Source: Escherichia phage vB_EcoS-640R1. From it: DNA of 53,425 nt. A program made the position numbers and the translations under genes. Below the pieces are notes generated by a model that was not told where the DNA came from, did no database searches, and saw only the letters and a list, made by a program, of their open reading frames with translations. Of the stretch, positions 40,271 to 53,100 are shown one piece after another. The DNA lies in the sequence record ON470612. One strand, given 5' to 3'. Position 1 is the stretch's first letter. Every line of letters begins with the position of its first letter.

Positions 40271-43200
40271 ATGAGTGTGGCGACATTACGTGAACTGATT
40301 ATTAAAATCTCGGCAAACTCCCGGTCATTCCAGTCAGAGATCTCCCGGGCTTCGCGTATGGGGCAGGATTACTACCGCACCATGCAGAACGGAGGCCAAC
40401 AGTCTGCTGCTGCCTCCCGTGAAATGCGGCGTGCACTGGCAGAAGTGACGGATCAGATAAATACAGCTAAATCTTCGGCACTGAATATGGCGGGGGCATT
40501 TGCCGGGGCTTTTGCTACCGGTCATCTTATTTCTCTCGCCGATGAGTGGAATTCAGTAAATGCCCGTCTGAAGCAGGCCTCACAGTCCAGTGATGATTTT
40601 CAGGCATCACAGCGTGAATTAATGGCGATCAGCCAGAGAACGGGGACGGCGTTTTCTGATAACGCCAGCCTTTTTGCCCGTTCTGCAGCTTCCATGCGGG
40701 AGTATGGTTACAGTTCTGAGGAGGTACTGAAAGTCACCGAGGCGATCTCCACGGGCCTGAAATTATCCGGTGCCAGTACAGCAGAAGCCAGTTCGGTGAT
40801 CATGCAGTTCAGTCAGGCACTGGCGCAGGGAGTGCTGCGCGGTGAAGAGTTTAACTCGGTGAATGAGAACGGCGATCGTGTTATTCGTGCGCTGGCTGCG
40901 GGAATGGGGGTTGCCCGTAAGGATCTGAAGGCCATGGCGGATAACGGAAAACTGACCGCCGATAAGGTTGTTCCTGCACTGATTAGTCAGCTTGGGGCGT
41001 TGCGTGATGAATATGCAGCAATGCCTGATACTGTTTCATCCTCTGCAACCAAAGTTGAAAACGCCTTTATGGCCTGGGTTGGTGGTGCGAACGAGGCAAG
41101 CGGAGTGACAAAGACACTCTCCGGTGTGCTGAATGGTGTTGCAGACAATATTGATACCGTGGCTGCTGCAGCTGGCGCACTGGTTGCCGTCGGGGTAGCC
41201 CGATATTTTGGCAATATGGCGTCGTCTGCTGGATCTGCAACTGCCGGATTAATTACTGCAGCCAGAAACGAAGTGGCTCTTGCTGAAGCGCAACTTCGGG
41301 GGACACAGATAGCAACCGCCAGAGCGCGTGCGGCGGTTTATCGTGCGCAACAGGCGGTTGTTGCTGCTCGCGGTACCGAAAGGCAGGCCGCAGCAGAAGC
41401 GAAGCTGACAGCTGCTCAGGCGTCACTTACCCGTAATATTGCGGCCAGAACAGCGGCGCAGACAACGCTGAATACTGTCACGTCAGTGGGGAGTCGTCTG
41501 TTAAGTGGTGCGCTGGGGCTGGTTGGTGGTGTGCCGGGACTCGTCATGCTGGGGGCGACGGCCTGGTACACGATGTATCAGAATCAGGAGCAGGCCAGAG
41601 AATCTGCACGCCAGTATGCCGCAACAATCGACGAAATTCGCCAGAAAACGTCGGCAATGTCGCTTCCTGAAGCGTCAGATAATGAGGAAAAGACGCGGCA
41701 GGCACTTGATGAGCAAAACAGGTTAATTGACGAGCAGAAAAGTAAGATTAAATCCTTACAGGAAAAAATTGCTGGCTATCAGTATGTGCTGGCAAACCCG
41801 GGCTGGACAACCGATAACGGTTTTATGATTAACCACATGACGTCGGTAAAAACAGTCACAGAAGGGCTTGCAGAAGCAACAAATCAACTGGCAGTTGAAC
41901 AGTCCCGTCTCACACAAATGCAGGGCAAAGCGCAATCCATTCAGGATGTGCTTGCCGGGCTGGAGGAGCGGCGGGTTGCGTTGATCCGTCAACAGGCGGC
42001 GGAACAAAACAAAGCGTATCAGTCCCTGTTGATCATGAATGGGCAGCATACCGAGTTTAATCGCCTTCTTGGGCTTGGTAATGAATTACTTCAGCAGCGA
42101 CAGGGGTTGGTGAATGTACCGTTACGGCTACCACAGGCAACCCTGGATGATAAACAGCAGACCGCACTGAATAACAGCAAGCGCGAACTGGCTCTGTCCC
42201 GCCTTAAGGGGGAAGCGCGTGAGCGTGCTCGACTGGGCTATGCTGCGGATGATCTTGGCTTTGTGGGAGAGGCGTATCAGACAGCCAGACAGAATTATAT
42301 CAATAACTCACTGGATGCCTGGCGAAATAACCAGGCAAATAAACCCAAAGCGCATAAAAAGACCGAAGCGGAAAAAACAGAAGATATTTATAAACGGCTG
42401 ATTAAACAGCAAAAAGAACAGATAGCACTGGCAGGGCAGAATACTGAACTGGCTAAGATGAAATATCAGGTCAGTCAGGGCGAATTATCAACCCTGTCAG
42501 AAGCGCAGAAAAAAACGCTTTTGCAGAATGCAGCACTCATCGACCAGAAAAAGATTCGTGAGCAGCTTGCTGCGTATGAAAGCAGCCTGGCGGACAGTAA
42601 TGCCAGTACCCGGGCGTCTAACGACGCGCAGTTACTGGGATATGGTGAAGGCTCACGGATGCGTGAACGACTCCAGGAAATGTGGAGTATCCGGCATGAG
42701 TTTGAGCAGAAAAATAACGAGCTGCTGAGACAGTATCAGGCCGGAGAAATTGAAGAAGCCCTGTGGAAACAGGAGAAAGAACTGAATAAAAAATATCTGG
42801 AAGAGCGTCTCAGCGATCAGCAGGATTATTATGCAAAGGCCGATGCTTTACGTAATAACTGGAATGCAGGACTCCAGGAGGGGCTGACCAACTGGGCAGA
42901 CAGTGCCACCGATTATGCTTCGCAGGCGGCAGATGCTGTCGTTTCCACTATGGACGGGCTGGTATCAAATATTTCCGATGCACTGGCCGGAAATGTTGTG
43001 GACTGGAGGAACTGGGGGAGTTCAGTTCTCCGGGAAGTTTCAAAAATTCTGATGAATGCAGCCATTGTTAACGGACTGAAATCACTCTCCGGTGCCGGAG
43101 GGTGGCTTGGTACGGTCGGCGGATGGATTTCGGGGGCAGTGGCAAACGCAAAAGGTGGTGTTTACACATCGGCAAATCTGAGTGCTTACAGTAACACTAT

Positions 43201-43504
43201 TGTGGATACACCGACGTATTTTGCTTTTGCGAAGGGGGCCGGGTTGATGGGCGAGGCCGGGCCTGAAGCAATCATGCCACTGACACGGGCAGCGGACGGC
43301 TCTCTTGGGGTCAGGGCCATTGGAGATGTGAATGGTGGCGGTGGATTTGTTTATTCTCCCGTGTATCACATCAGCATTCAGAATCAAGGGAGCAATGGCG
43401 AGATAGATGCGCGCTCAGCCAGGGGACTGGTGGATCTGATCGACAGCAGGGTTGTGTCAATTATGCAGTCATCGCGTCGGGATGGAGGATTGTACAGTGC
43501 CTGA
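40271..43504 (+). CDS. Tail tape measure protein
   Basis: 1077-aa ORF, long alpha-helical Ala/Gln-rich sequence, located after G/G-T. Confidence 0.9.
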   Translation: MSVATLRELIIKISANSRSFQSEISRASRMGQDYYRTMQNGGQQSAAASREMRRALAEVTDQINTAKSSALNMAGAFAGAFATGHLISLADEWNSVNARLKQASQSSDDFQASQRELMAISQRTGTAFSDNASLFARSAASMREYGYSSEEVLKVTEAISTGLKLSGASTAEASSVIMQFSQALAQGVLRGEEFNSVNENGDRVIRALAAGMGVARKDLKAMADNGKLTADKVVPALISQLGALRDEYAAMPDTVSSSATKVENAFMAWVGGANEASGVTKTLSGVLNGVADNIDTVAAAAGALVAVGVARYFGNMASSAGSATAGLITAARNEVALAEAQLRGTQIATARARAAVYRAQQAVVAARGTERQAAAEAKLTAAQASLTRNIAARTAAQTTLNTVTSVGSRLLSGALGLVGGVPGLVMLGATAWYTMYQNQEQARESARQYAATIDEIRQKTSAMSLPEASDNEEKTRQALDEQNRLIDEQKSKIKSLQEKIAGYQYVLANPGWTTDNGFMINHMTSVKTVTEGLAEATNQLAVEQSRLTQMQGKAQSIQDVLAGLEERRVALIRQQAAEQNKAYQSLLIMNGQHTEFNRLLGLGNELLQQRQGLVNVPLRLPQATLDDKQQTALNNSKRELALSRLKGEARERARLGYAADDLGFVGEAYQTARQNYINNSLDAWRNNQANKPKAHKKTEAEKTEDIYKRLIKQQKEQIALAGQNTELAKMKYQVSQGELSTLSEAQKKTLLQNAALIDQKKIREQLAAYESSLADSNASTRASNDAQLLGYGEGSRMRERLQEMWSIRHEFEQKNNELLRQYQAGEIEEALWKQEKELNKKYLEERLSDQQDYYAKADALRNNWNAGLQEGLTNWADSATDYASQAADAVVSTMDGLVSNISDALAGNVVDWRNWGSSVLREVSKILMNAAIVNGLKSLSGAGGWLGTVGGWISGAVANAKGGVYTSANLSAYSNTIVDTPTYFAFAKGAGLMGEAGPEAIMPLTRAADGSLGVRAIGDVNGGGGFVYSPVYHISIQNQGSNGEIDARSARGLVDLIDSRVVSIMQSSRRDGGLYSA

Positions 43505-43838
43505 GCCTGAAGTTTTTAACTGGATCCCCCGTGAGGGGATGGAGACGACACGAAAGCCATCAGTTATTACGGTAAAGTTTGGTGACGGATATGAACAGCG
43601 ACGGGCTGGTGGTCTGAATGCGGATCTGAAAACGTTTAAACCGGTATTTCGTGTCACAGATGAATATTCCCGTGCCGCGCTGGACAGTTTTTTATCCCGT
43701 CATGCCGGGATTCGTGCTTTTTTGTGGCGTCCGCCAAAACACAACAGGACTGTCCGGGTTGTCTGCAGGGAGTGGAGCATTTCGGATAATGCCATGTATA
43801 CCGATTTTAACTGTACCTTTGAAGAGGTCACTCACTGA
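43498..43838 (+). CDS. Minor tail protein M
   Basis: GTG start after GGAGGA; ...VITVKFGDGYEQRRAGGLNADLKTFKPVFRV... aligns with lambda M. Confidence 0.85.
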
Positions 43839-44536
43839 TGCAGGATATACAGCAGGAAACACTCAATGAGTGCACTAAAACGGAGCAATCCGCGCTGGTC
43901 GTGCTCTGGGAAATTGATCTGACAGAGGTCGGCGGAGATCGTTATTTCTTCTGTAATGAGCAGAACGAAAAAGGTGAACCAGTCACCTGGCAGGGGCGGC
44001 AGTATCAGGCTTATCCCATTCAGGGAAGCGGATTTGAGATGAACGGCAAAGGAGCCAGTGCAAGGCCAACGCTTAAAGTCTCTAATCTGTACGGCATGGT
44101 CACCGGGATGGCGGAAGATATGCAGAGTCTGGTCGGCGGAACGGTGGTCCGGCGTAAGGTTTACGCCCGTTTTCTGGATGCGGTGAACTTCGTCAACGGA
44201 AACAGTTACGCCGATCCGGAGCAGGAGGTGATCAGCCGCTGGCGCATTGAGCAGTGCAGCGAACTGAGCGCGGTGAGTGCCTCCTTTGTACTGTCCACGC
44301 CGACGGAAACGGATGGCGCTGTTTTTCCGGGACGTATCATGCTGGCCAACACCTGCACCTGGACCTATCGCGGTGACGAGTGCGGTTATAGCGGTCCGGC
44401 TGTCGCGGATGAATATGACCAGCCAACGTCCGATATCACGAAGGATAAATGCAGCAAATGCCTGAGCGGTTGTAAGTTCCGCAATAACGTCGGCAACTTT
44501 GGCGGCTTCCTTTCCATTAACAAACTTTCGCAGTAA
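43838..44536 (+). CDS. Minor tail protein L
   Basis: 232-aa ORF near-identical to lambda L as recalled (MQDIQQETLNECTK..., C-terminal Cys cluster). Confidence 0.9.
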   Translation: MQDIQQETLNECTKTEQSALVVLWEIDLTEVGGDRYFFCNEQNEKGEPVTWQGRQYQAYPIQGSGFEMNGKGASARPTLKVSNLYGMVTGMAEDMQSLVGGTVVRRKVYARFLDAVNFVNGNSYADPEQEVISRWRIEQCSELSAVSASFVLSTPTETDGAVFPGRIMLANTCTWTYRGDECGYSGPAVADEYDQPTSDITKDKCSKCLSGCKFRNNVGNFGGFLSINKLSQ

Positions 44537-44541
44537 ATCCC

Positions 44542-45285
44542 ATGACACAGACAGAATCAGCGATTCTGGCGCACGCCCGGCGATGTGCGCCAGCGGAGTC
44601 GTGCGGCTTCGTGGTAAGCACGCCGGAGGGGGAAAGATATTTTCCCTGCGTGAATATCTCCGGTGAGCCGGAGGCGTATTTCCGTATGTCGCCGGAAGAC
44701 TGGCTGCAGGCAGAAATGCAGGGTGAGATTGTGGCGCTGGTCCACAGCCACCCCGGTGGTCTGCCCTGGCTGAGTGAGGCCGACCGGCGGCTGCAGGTGC
44801 AGAGTGATTTGCCGTGGTGGCTGGTCTGCCGGGGGGCGATTCACAAGTTCCGCTGTGTGCCGCATCTTACCGGGCGGCGCTTTGAGCACGGGGTGACGGA
44901 CTGTTACACGCTGCTCCGGGATGCTTACCATCTGGCGGGAATTGAGATGCCTGATTTTCATCGTGAGGATGACTGGTGGCGTAACGGCCAGAATCTCTAT
45001 CTGGATAATCTGGAGGCGACGGGGCTGTATCAGGTGCCGTTGTCAGCGGCACAGCCGGGCGATGTGCTGCTGTGCTGTTTTGGTTCATCGGTGCCGAATC
45101 ACGCCGCAATTTACTGCGGCGACGGCGAGCTGCTGCACCATATTCCTGAACAACTGAGCAAACGAGAGAGGTACACCGACAAATGGCAGCGACGCACACA
45201 CTCCCTCTGGCGTCACCGGGCATGGCACGTATCTGCCTTTACGGGGATTTGCAACGATTTGGCCGCCGCATCGACCTTCGTGTGA
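44542..45285 (+). CDS. Tail assembly protein K (MPN/JAB plus NlpC/P60 domains)
   Basis: 247-aa ORF MTQTESAILAHARRCAPAESCGFVV..., HSHP motif; near-identical to lambda K as recalled. Confidence 0.9.
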   Translation: MTQTESAILAHARRCAPAESCGFVVSTPEGERYFPCVNISGEPEAYFRMSPEDWLQAEMQGEIVALVHSHPGGLPWLSEADRRLQVQSDLPWWLVCRGAIHKFRCVPHLTGRRFEHGVTDCYTLLRDAYHLAGIEMPDFHREDDWWRNGQNLYLDNLEATGLYQVPLSAAQPGDVLLCCFGSSVPNHAAIYCGDGELLHHIPEQLSKRERYTDKWQRRTHSLWRHRAWHVSAFTGICNDLAAASTFV

Positions 45286-45830
45286 AAACGGGGGCCGAAG
45301 CCATCCGGGCGCTGGCCATGCAGATCCCGGCGTTTCGTCAGAAACTGAGCGATGGCTGGTATCAGGTGCGCATTGCCGGGCGTGATGCAGGCGAAAACGA
45401 ATTATCAGCCCGTCTTAATGAGCCGCTGAAAAATGGTGCCGTGATCCACATCGTTCCGCGTCTTGCGGGAGCAAAAAGTGGCGGTGTGTTTCAGGCGGTG
45501 CTGGGTGCGGCGCTGATTGCAGTGGCGTGGTGGAACCCTGTGGGCTGGCTGGGAGCTGCGGCTGTATCGGGCATGTATGCTGCGGGGGCCAGTATGATCC
45601 TTGGCGGTGTGGCGCAGATGCTGGCACCGAAAGCCAGAACTCCCCGTACACAGACAACGGATAACGGTAAGCAGAACACCTATTTCTCCTCACTGGATAA
45701 CATGGTTGCCCAGGGCAATGTTCTGCCCGTTCTGTACGGTGAAATGCGCGTGGGGTCGCGGGTGGCTTCTCAGGAGATCAGCACGGCAGACGAAGGGGAC
45801 GGTGGTCAGGTTGTGGTGATTGGTCGCTGA
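45183..45830 (+). CDS. Tail assembly protein I
   Basis: MAATHTLPLASPGMARICLYGDLQRFGRRIDLRV...; overlaps the 3' end of K as in lambda. Confidence 0.88.
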   Translation: MAATHTLPLASPGMARICLYGDLQRFGRRIDLRVKTGAEAIRALAMQIPAFRQKLSDGWYQVRIAGRDAGENELSARLNEPLKNGAVIHIVPRLAGAKSGGVFQAVLGAALIAVAWWNPVGWLGAAAVSGMYAAGASMILGGVAQMLAPKARTPRTQTTDNGKQNTYFSSLDNMVAQGNVLPVLYGEMRVGSRVASQEISTADEGDGGQVVVIGR

Positions 45831-45890
45831 TGCAAAACGTTTTATGTGAAACCGCCTCAGGGCGGTTTTGTCGTTTCTGGAGCGTGAGGA

Positions 45891-48800
45891 ATGGGTAAAG
45901 GCAGCAGTAAGGGGCATACCCCGCGCGAAGCGAAGGACAACCTGAAATCATCCCAGATGCTGAGCGTGATAGACGCCATCAGTGAAGGGCCGGTTGAAGG
46001 TCCGGTGGATGGATTAAAAAGCGTGCTGCTGAACAGTACGCCGGTGCTGGACACTGAGGGGAATACCAACATCTCCGGTGTCACGGTGGTGTTCCGTGCC
46101 GGTGAGCAGGAGCAGACACCGCCGGAGGGGTTTGAATCCTCCGGCTCCGAGACGGTGCTGGGTACGGAAGTGAAATATGACACGCCGATCACCCGCACCA
46201 TCACGTCTGCAAACATCGACCGTCTGCGCTTTACCTTCGGTGTGCAGGCACTGGTGGAAACCACCTCAAAGGGGGACCGGAATCCGTCGGAAGTTCGCCT
46301 GCTGGTTCAGATACAGCGTAATGGTGGCTGGGTGACGGAAAAAGACATCACCATTAAGGGCAAAACCACCTCGCAGTATCTGGCCTCGGTGGTGGTGGAT
46401 AACCTGCCGCCGCGCCCGTTTAATATCCGGATGCGCAGGATGACGCCGGACAGCACCACAGACCAGCTGCAGAACAAAACGCTCTGGTCGTCATACACCG
46501 AAATCATCGATGTGAAACAGTGCTACCCGAACACGGCACTGGTCGGCGTACAGGTGGATTCGGAGCAGTTCGGCAGCCAGCAGGTGAGCCGTAATTATCA
46601 TCTGCGCGGGCGCATTCTGCAGGTGCCGTCGAACTATAACCCGCAGACGCGGCAATACAGCGGTATCTGGGACGGAACGTTTAAACCGGCATACAGCAAC
46701 AACATGGCCTGGTGTCTGTGGGATATGCTGACCCATCCGCGCTACGGCATGGGGAAACGTCTTGGTGCGGCGGATGTGGATAAATGGGCGCTGTATGTCA
46801 TCGGCCAGTACTGCGACCAGTCGGTGCCGGACGGCTTTGGCGGCACGGAGCCGCGCATCACCTGTAATGCGTACCTGACCACACAGCGCAAGGCGTGGGA
46901 TGTGCTCAGTGATTTCTGCTCGGCGATGCGCTGTATGCCGGTATGGAACGGGCAGACGCTGACGTTCGTGCAGGACCGACCATCAGATAAGGTGTGGACC
47001 TATAACCGCAGTAATGTGGTGATGCCGGATGATGGCGCGCCGTTCCGCTACAGCTTCAGCGCCCTGAAAGACCGCCATAATGCCGTTGAGGTGAACTGGA
47101 TTGACCCGGACAACGGCTGGGAGACGGCGACAGAGCTTGTTGAAGATACGCAGGCCATTGCCCGTTACGGTCGTAACGTCACGAAGATGGATGCCTTTGG
47201 CTGTACCAGCCGGGGGCAGGCGCACCGCGCCGGGCTGTGGCTGATTAAAACGGAACTGCTGGAAACGCAGACCGTGGACTTCAGCGTGGGTGCGGAAGGG
47301 CTTCGCCATGTACCGGGGGATGTCATTGAAATCTGCGATGATGACTATGCGGGTATCAGCACCGGCGGGCGCGTGCTGGCGGTGAACAGCCAGACCCGGA
47401 CGCTGACGCTCGACCGTGAAATCACGCTGCCATCCTCCGGTACCACGCTGATAAGCCTGGTTGACGGTCAGGGTAATCCGGTCAGCGTGGAGGTCCAGTC
47501 CGTCACCGACGGCGTGAAGGTGAAAGTGAGCCGGGTTCCTGATGGTGTTGCAGAATACAGCGTGTGGGGGCTGAAGTTGCCGACGCTGCGCCAGCGCCTG
47601 TTCCGCTGTGTGAGTATCCGTGAGAACGATGACGGCACGTATGCCATCACCGCCGTGCAGCATGTACCGGAAAAAGAAGCCATCGTGGATAACGGGGCGC
47701 ACTTTGACGGCGACCAGAGCGGCACGGTGAATGGTGTCACGCCGCCAGCGGTGCAGCACCTGACTGCCGAAGTCACCGCAGACAGCGGGGAATATCAGGT
47801 GCTGGCGCGCTGGGACACGCCGAAGGTGGTGAAGGGCGTGAGCTTCCTGCTCCGTCTGACCGTAACAGCGGATGACGGCAGTGAGTGGCTGGTCAGCACG
47901 GCCCGGACGACGGAAACCACTTACCGCTTCACACAACTGGCGCTGGGGAACTACAGGCTGACAGTCCGGGCAGTAAATGCGTGGGGGCAGCAGGGCGATC
48001 CGGCGTCGGTATCGTTCCGGATTGCCGCACCGGCAGCGCCGTCGCGGATTGAGCTGACGCCGGGCTATTTTCAGATAACCGCCACGCCGCATCTTGCGGT
48101 TTATGATCCGACGGTACAGTTTGAGTTCTGGTTCTCGGAAAAGCGGATTACCGATATCAGGCAGGTTGAAACCACAGCACGCTATCTTGGCACGGCGCTG
48201 TACTGGATAGCCGCCAGTATCAATATCAAACCGGGCCATGATTATTACTTTTATATCCGCAGTGTGAACACCGTTGGCAAATCGGCATTCGTGGAGGCTG
48301 TTGGTCAGCCGAGTGATGATGCATCCGGTTATCTGGATTTTTTCAAAGGCGAGATAGGGAAAACCCATCTGGCTCAGGAGCTGTGGACGCAGATTGATAA
48401 CGGTCAGCTTGCGCCTGACCTGGCTGAAATCAGGACGTCCATTACGGATGTCAGCAATGAAATCACGCAGACCGTCAATAAGAAACTGGAAGACCAGAGT
48501 GCGGCAATTCAGCAGATACAGAAGGTTCAGGTTGATACAAATAATAACCTGAACAGCATGTGGGCTGTGAAGCTGCAGCAGATGCAGGACGGACGCCTTT
48601 ATATCGCGGGTATTGGTGCCGGTATTGAGAACACCCCTGACGGCATGCAGAGTCAGGTGCTGCTGGCGGCAGACAGGATTGCGATGATTAATCCTGCGAA
48701 TGGCAACACAAAGCCGATGTTTGTTGGGCAGGGCGATCAGATATTCATGAACGAAGTGTTCCTGAAACGCCTGACGGCTCCCACCATTACCAGCGGCGGT

Positions 48801-49370
48801 AATCCTCCGGTATTTTCCCTGACACCGGACGGGCGGCTGACGGCGAAAAATGCCGATATCAGCGGTAACGTGAATGCGAACGCCGGGACGCTCAACAACG
48901 TCACGATTAACGAGAACTGTCGGGTTCTGGGAAAACTGTCCGCCAACCAGATTGAAGGCGATCTCGTTAAAACAGTGGGCAAAGCTTTCCCCCGGGACTC
49001 CCGTGCACCGGAACGGTGGCCATCAGGGACCATCACCGTCAGGGTTTATGACGATCAGCCGTTTGACCGGCAGATTGTTATTCCGGCGGTGGCATTCAGC
49101 GGCGCTAAACATGAGCGGGAGAATAACGATATTTATTCGTCATGCCGCCTGATAGTACGGAAAAACGGTGCTGAAATTTATAACCGTACCGCGCTGGATA
49201 ATACGCTGATTTACAGTGGTGTTATTGATATGCCTGCCGGTCACGGTCACATGACACTGGAGTTTTCGGTGTCAGCATGGCTGGTAAATAACTGGTATCC
49301 CACAGCCAGTATCAGCGATTTGCTGGTTGTGGTGATGAAGAAAGCCACTGCAGGCATCACGATTAGCTGA
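45891..49370 (+). CDS. Host specificity protein J (central tail fibre)
   Basis: 1159-aa [23 protein letters not shown]...; lambda-J-like throughout with fibronectin-like repeats. Confidence 0.92.
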   Translation: MGKGSSKGHTPREAKDNLKSSQMLSVIDAISEGPVEGPVDGLKSVLLNSTPVLDTEGNTNISGVTVVFRAGEQEQTPPEGFESSGSETVLGTEVKYDTPITRTITSANIDRLRFTFGVQALVETTSKGDRNPSEVRLLVQIQRNGGWVTEKDITIKGKTTSQYLASVVVDNLPPRPFNIRMRRMTPDSTTDQLQNKTLWSSYTEIIDVKQCYPNTALVGVQVDSEQFGSQQVSRNYHLRGRILQVPSNYNPQTRQYSGIWDGTFKPAYSNNMAWCLWDMLTHPRYGMGKRLGAADVDKWALYVIGQYCDQSVPDGFGGTEPRITCNAYLTTQRKAWDVLSDFCSAMRCMPVWNGQTLTFVQDRPSDKVWTYNRSNVVMPDDGAPFRYSFSALKDRHNAVEVNWIDPDNGWETATELVEDTQAIARYGRNVTKMDAFGCTSRGQAHRAGLWLIKTELLETQTVDFSVGAEGLRHVPGDVIEICDDDYAGISTGGRVLAVNSQTRTLTLDREITLPSSGTTLISLVDGQGNPVSVEVQSVTDGVKVKVSRVPDGVAEYSVWGLKLPTLRQRLFRCVSIRENDDGTYAITAVQHVPEKEAIVDNGAHFDGDQSGTVNGVTPPAVQHLTAEVTADSGEYQVLARWDTPKVVKGVSFLLRLTVTADDGSEWLVSTARTTETTYRFTQLALGNYRLTVRAVNAWGQQGDPASVSFRIAAPAAPSRIELTPGYFQITATPHLAVYDPTVQFEFWFSEKRITDIRQVETTARYLGTALYWIAASINIKPGHDYYFYIRSVNTVGKSAFVEAVGQPSDDASGYLDFFKGEIGKTHLAQELWTQIDNGQLAPDLAEIRTSITDVSNEITQTVNKKLEDQSAAIQQIQKVQVDTNNNLNSMWAVKLQQMQDGRLYIAGIGAGIENTPDGMQSQVLLAADRIAMINPANGNTKPMFVGQGDQIFMNEVFLKRLTAPTITSGGNPPVFSLTPDGRLTAKNADISGNVNANAGTLNNVTINENCRVLGKLSANQIEGDLVKTVGKAFPRDSRAPERWPSGTITVRVYDDQPFDRQIVIPAVAFSGAKHERENNDIYSSCRLIVRKNGAEIYNRTALDNTLIYSGVIDMPAGHGHMTLEFSVSAWLVNNWYPTASISDLLVVVMKKATAGITIS

Positions 49371-49437
49371 ATTTTATAACCCAGATACGGGCGCCAGAAA
49401 TGGCGCCTTTTTTATTGCAGAAAAGCGAGAGGTAATT

Positions 49438-50037
49438 ATGCGTAAAGTTTATGCAGCTATTTTGTCCGCAGCCATCTGTCTGGCCGTATCAGGTACGCCT
49501 GCATGGGCGTCTGAACACCAGTCCACACTGAGCGCAGGGTATCTTCATGCCCGTACGAACGTCCCCGGCAGCGATAATCTGAACGGGATTAACGTGAAAT
49601 ACCGTTATGAATTTACGGACACGCTGGGGCTGGTGACGTCATTCAGTTATGCCAATGCCAAAGATGAGCAAAAAACGCATTACAGCGATACCCGCTGGCA
49701 TGAAGATTCCGTGCGTAACCGCTGGTTCAGCGTGATGGCGGGGCCGTCTGTGCGCGTGAATGAATGGTTCAGCGCGTATGCGATGGCGGGTATGGCTTAC
49801 AGCCGTGTGTCGACTTTCTCCGGGGATTATCTCCGCGTAACTGACAACAAGGGGAAAACGCACGACGTGCTGACCGGAAGTGATGACGGTCGCCACAGCA
49901 ACACGTCTCTGGCGTGGGGGGCTGGCGTGCAGTTTAACCCGACCGAATCCGTGGCCGTTGATGTCGCTTATGAAGGTTCCGGCAGTGGCGACTGGCGCAC
50001 TGACGGTTTCATCGTGGGTGTCGGTTATAAATTCTGA
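49438..50037 (+). CDS. lom: Lom-like outer membrane protein (Ail/Lom family)
   Basis: 199-aa ORF with signal peptide and beta-barrel pattern ending ...GVGYKF; terminators on both sides. Confidence 0.88.
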   Translation: MRKVYAAILSAAICLAVSGTPAWASEHQSTLSAGYLHARTNVPGSDNLNGINVKYRYEFTDTLGLVTSFSYANAKDEQKTHYSDTRWHEDSVRNRWFSVMAGPSVRVNEWFSAYAMAGMAYSRVSTFSGDYLRVTDNKGKTHDVLTGSDDGRHSNTSLAWGAGVQFNPTESVAVDVAYEGSGSGDWRTDGFIVGVGYKF

Positions 50038-50101
50038 TTAGCCAGGTAACACAGTGTTATGACAGCCCGCCGGTTCAGGCGGGCTTTTTTGTGGGGTGAA
50101 T

Positions 50102-53100
50102 ATGGCAGTAAAGATTTCAGGTGTACTGAAAGACGGCACAGGAAAACCGGTACAGAACTGCACAATCCAGCTGAAAGCAAAACGTAACAGTACCACGGTG
50201 GTGGTGAACACGCTGGCCTCAGAAAATCCGGATGAAGCCGGGCGTTACAGCATGGACGTTGAGTACGGTCAGTACAGCGTTATTCTGTTGGTGGAAGGAT
50301 TCCCGCCGTCACATGCCGGGACCATCACCGTGTATGAAGATTCCCGACCCGGTACGCTGAATGATTTTCTCGGTGCCATGACGGAGGATGATGCCCGTCC
50401 TGAGGCACTGCGCCGTTTTGAACTGATGGTGGAAGAGGTGGCGCGTAACGCGTCCGCGGTGGCACAGAACACGGCAGCCGCGAAGAAGTCAGCCAGCGAT
50501 GCCAGCACATCAGCCCGTGAGGCGGCAACCCGTGCGACTGATGCTGCAGGCTCAGCACGTGCAGCCAGCACGTCAGCCGGACAGGCCGCGTCGTCGGCTC
50601 AGTCAGCGTCTTCCAGCGCAGGAACGGCATCAACAAAGGCCACTGAAGCATCAAAAAGTGCTGCCGCCGCAGAGTCTTCAAAAAGCGCGGCAGCCACCAG
50701 TGCCGGTGCAGCGAAAACGTCGGAAATGAATGCCGCAGCATCACAAAAATCTGCGGCCACATCTGCATCCACCGCGACCACGAAAGCGTCAGAAGCTGCC
50801 ACCTCAGCCCGGGATGCGTCGGCTTCAAAAGTGGCGGCAAAATCATCAGAAACGAGCGCTGCCTCGAGCGCCGGCAGTGCAGCTTCCTCGGCAACGGCAG
50901 CAGGAAATTCCGCGAAGGCCGCAAAAACGTCTGAGACGAATGCGGATAACAGCGCACAGGCGGCAGCAGACTCACAAACTGCATCGGCAAACTCCGCGAC
51001 AGCAGCCAAAAAATCAGAAACCAACGCGAAAAATAGTGAGGCAGCAGCAAAGGTCAGCGAAACCAACGCTAAAGCGTCAGAGAACAAGGCGAAAGAATAT
51101 CTCGACAAGGTCGGGGGACTCGTCAGCCCGATGACGCAATACGATTGGCCCGTTGTTACTGGTAATGAGTCTTTTTACATAAAGATCGCGAAACTTTCCG
51201 ATCCCGGAAGCGGCAATTGCCATGTAACGCTAATGGTTACTAATGCCGGTAACTACGGCTCCCCTTACGGAAACATTGACTTTATCGAGATCTCGGCGCG
51301 CGGTCTGCCTTCTTTGCTTAGTGCGGATAATGTTTCTCGTCATCTGAGTATACGCCGCTTAGGGTCAATCGGGCTGACCGATAACAACCAGATGCGTTAC
51401 GGCCTGGTTAAAGGTGACGGCTTTATTGAGGTTTGGGCCTTCCAGCGCGCATTTATCAACGGCGCAAAGGTTGCGGTGCTGGCGCAGACGGCACGCCCGG
51501 AATTATACATTCCAGACGGATTTGTTAAGCAAACCGCCGCGCCTTCTGGATATGTTGAAAGCCCCGTTGTAAGGATTTACGACCAGTTAAACAAGCCGAC
51601 TAAAGCAGATTTGGGTCTTTCTAATGCTATGCTTACAGGCGCTTTCGGTCTTGGCGGTAGCGGGATATCAACAAACGGCAAGATGAGCGATGTAGAGATC
51701 TTAAAAGCTCTGCGTGACAAAGGTGGTCATTTCTGGCGCGGTGATAAGCCGACCGGAAGCACGGCGACCATTTATAGCCACGGTTCTGGTATATTCTCGC
51801 GGTGCGGCGATACGTGGTCAGCGATCAATATCGACTACTCAACCGCGAAGATTAAGATCTATGCCGGCAACGATGCCCGGCTTAACAACGGGACTTTTAG
51901 CATCAATGAGCTATACGGCTCGGCAAACAAGCCGTCGAAATCGGATGTTGGACTTGGCAACGTAACTAACGATGCGCAGGTGAAAAAATCCGGCGATGTT
52001 ATGTCTGGTGATCTTGATATATTGAAAGAAACGCCATCTATCAGGCTAAAATCAGCAAAAGGAACCGCTCATCTGTGGTTCATGAACAACGACGGAAGCG
52101 AGCGCGGCGTTGTTTGGTCGCCTGAAAACAACGAATCACTTGGCGAAATCCACATCAGGGCGAAAAACACAAAAGGTGAATCAAGTGGTGATTTTATTGT
52201 TCGCCACGACGGGAGGGTTGAGGCCCGCAATCTAAAAATAACTTACAAAATCAGCGCAGCCACCGCAGAATTTGCAAACACAAGCACCAGTTCCGATAAC
52301 ACTACGGTAAGCATCAAAGGATCTCAGCATACGCCTTTGGTTTTAACGAGCAACAACACAATTAAAAACTTGTCCATTGGGTTTAAGGTTGATGATGTTG
52401 ATCAAAAATACCTGGGTATAGCTGGTGACGGTGATTTGTATTTTGGTAGTTATTCTGACCACACAAAAAACAGCAAAGTAATCACACAAGCAAAACTCGA
52501 TAGCGGGGTGACGGTAGGCGGTAAAACAACCTTTTCTGACTTTGCCACATTTAACGCAGGTATGGCGGGATCTATCGAGCCGGAAACCATTGACAACAAG
52601 ACTATTGATTTAAACGACTTGATCATTGCTAATACAGTGGCTGGATCTGTTAAATACTATCAATGCAAAACTGTTGCAGGTGGTGCATATATTACCAATA
52701 AGCCTGACGGCGTAAGCGGTAACTTTTTGCTACGTGTAGAATCTACTCGTAAAACTACGGGTTCAGATTATGCGATCATGCAAACGCTGATTGGCAGCGA
52801 CACAAAACGCATATACGTTCGCTTTGTTGTCAATGGAAACTGGACGGAGTGGAGTCAGGTAGTTGTTTCAGGATGGAATCAGGATGTAACCGTCAGGTCG
52901 TTAACCTCGACGACTCCATCAAAATTAGGCGGCGGGCGTGTTGATGTGCTGGGGAGTACGTCAGATTACAGTAGTATGAATTGTGCTGTGCGCGGTGTTG
53001 ATAGCACTGGAACCAATTCGGCGTGGTCGGTAGGCACATCAGAAAGCACAGGCAAAATGTTGTTCCTGAAAAACCACAGAAGCAGCGCTCAAGTGCTGTT

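Noticed and set aside
46983-48368. 461-aa minus-strand ORF inside the J gene
   Set aside because: Antisense to a near-lambda-identical J coding sequence; Arg/Gly/Pro-rich low-complexity translation typical of a GC-rich antisense frame.
50325-51108. Minus-strand ORFs (241 aa, 169 aa) and a plus-strand out-of-frame ORF (134 aa) over the stf repeat tract
   Set aside because: Produced by the Ala/Ser/Thr codon repeats of the tail fibre gene; the stf frame is supported by N-terminal identity to lambda Stf.
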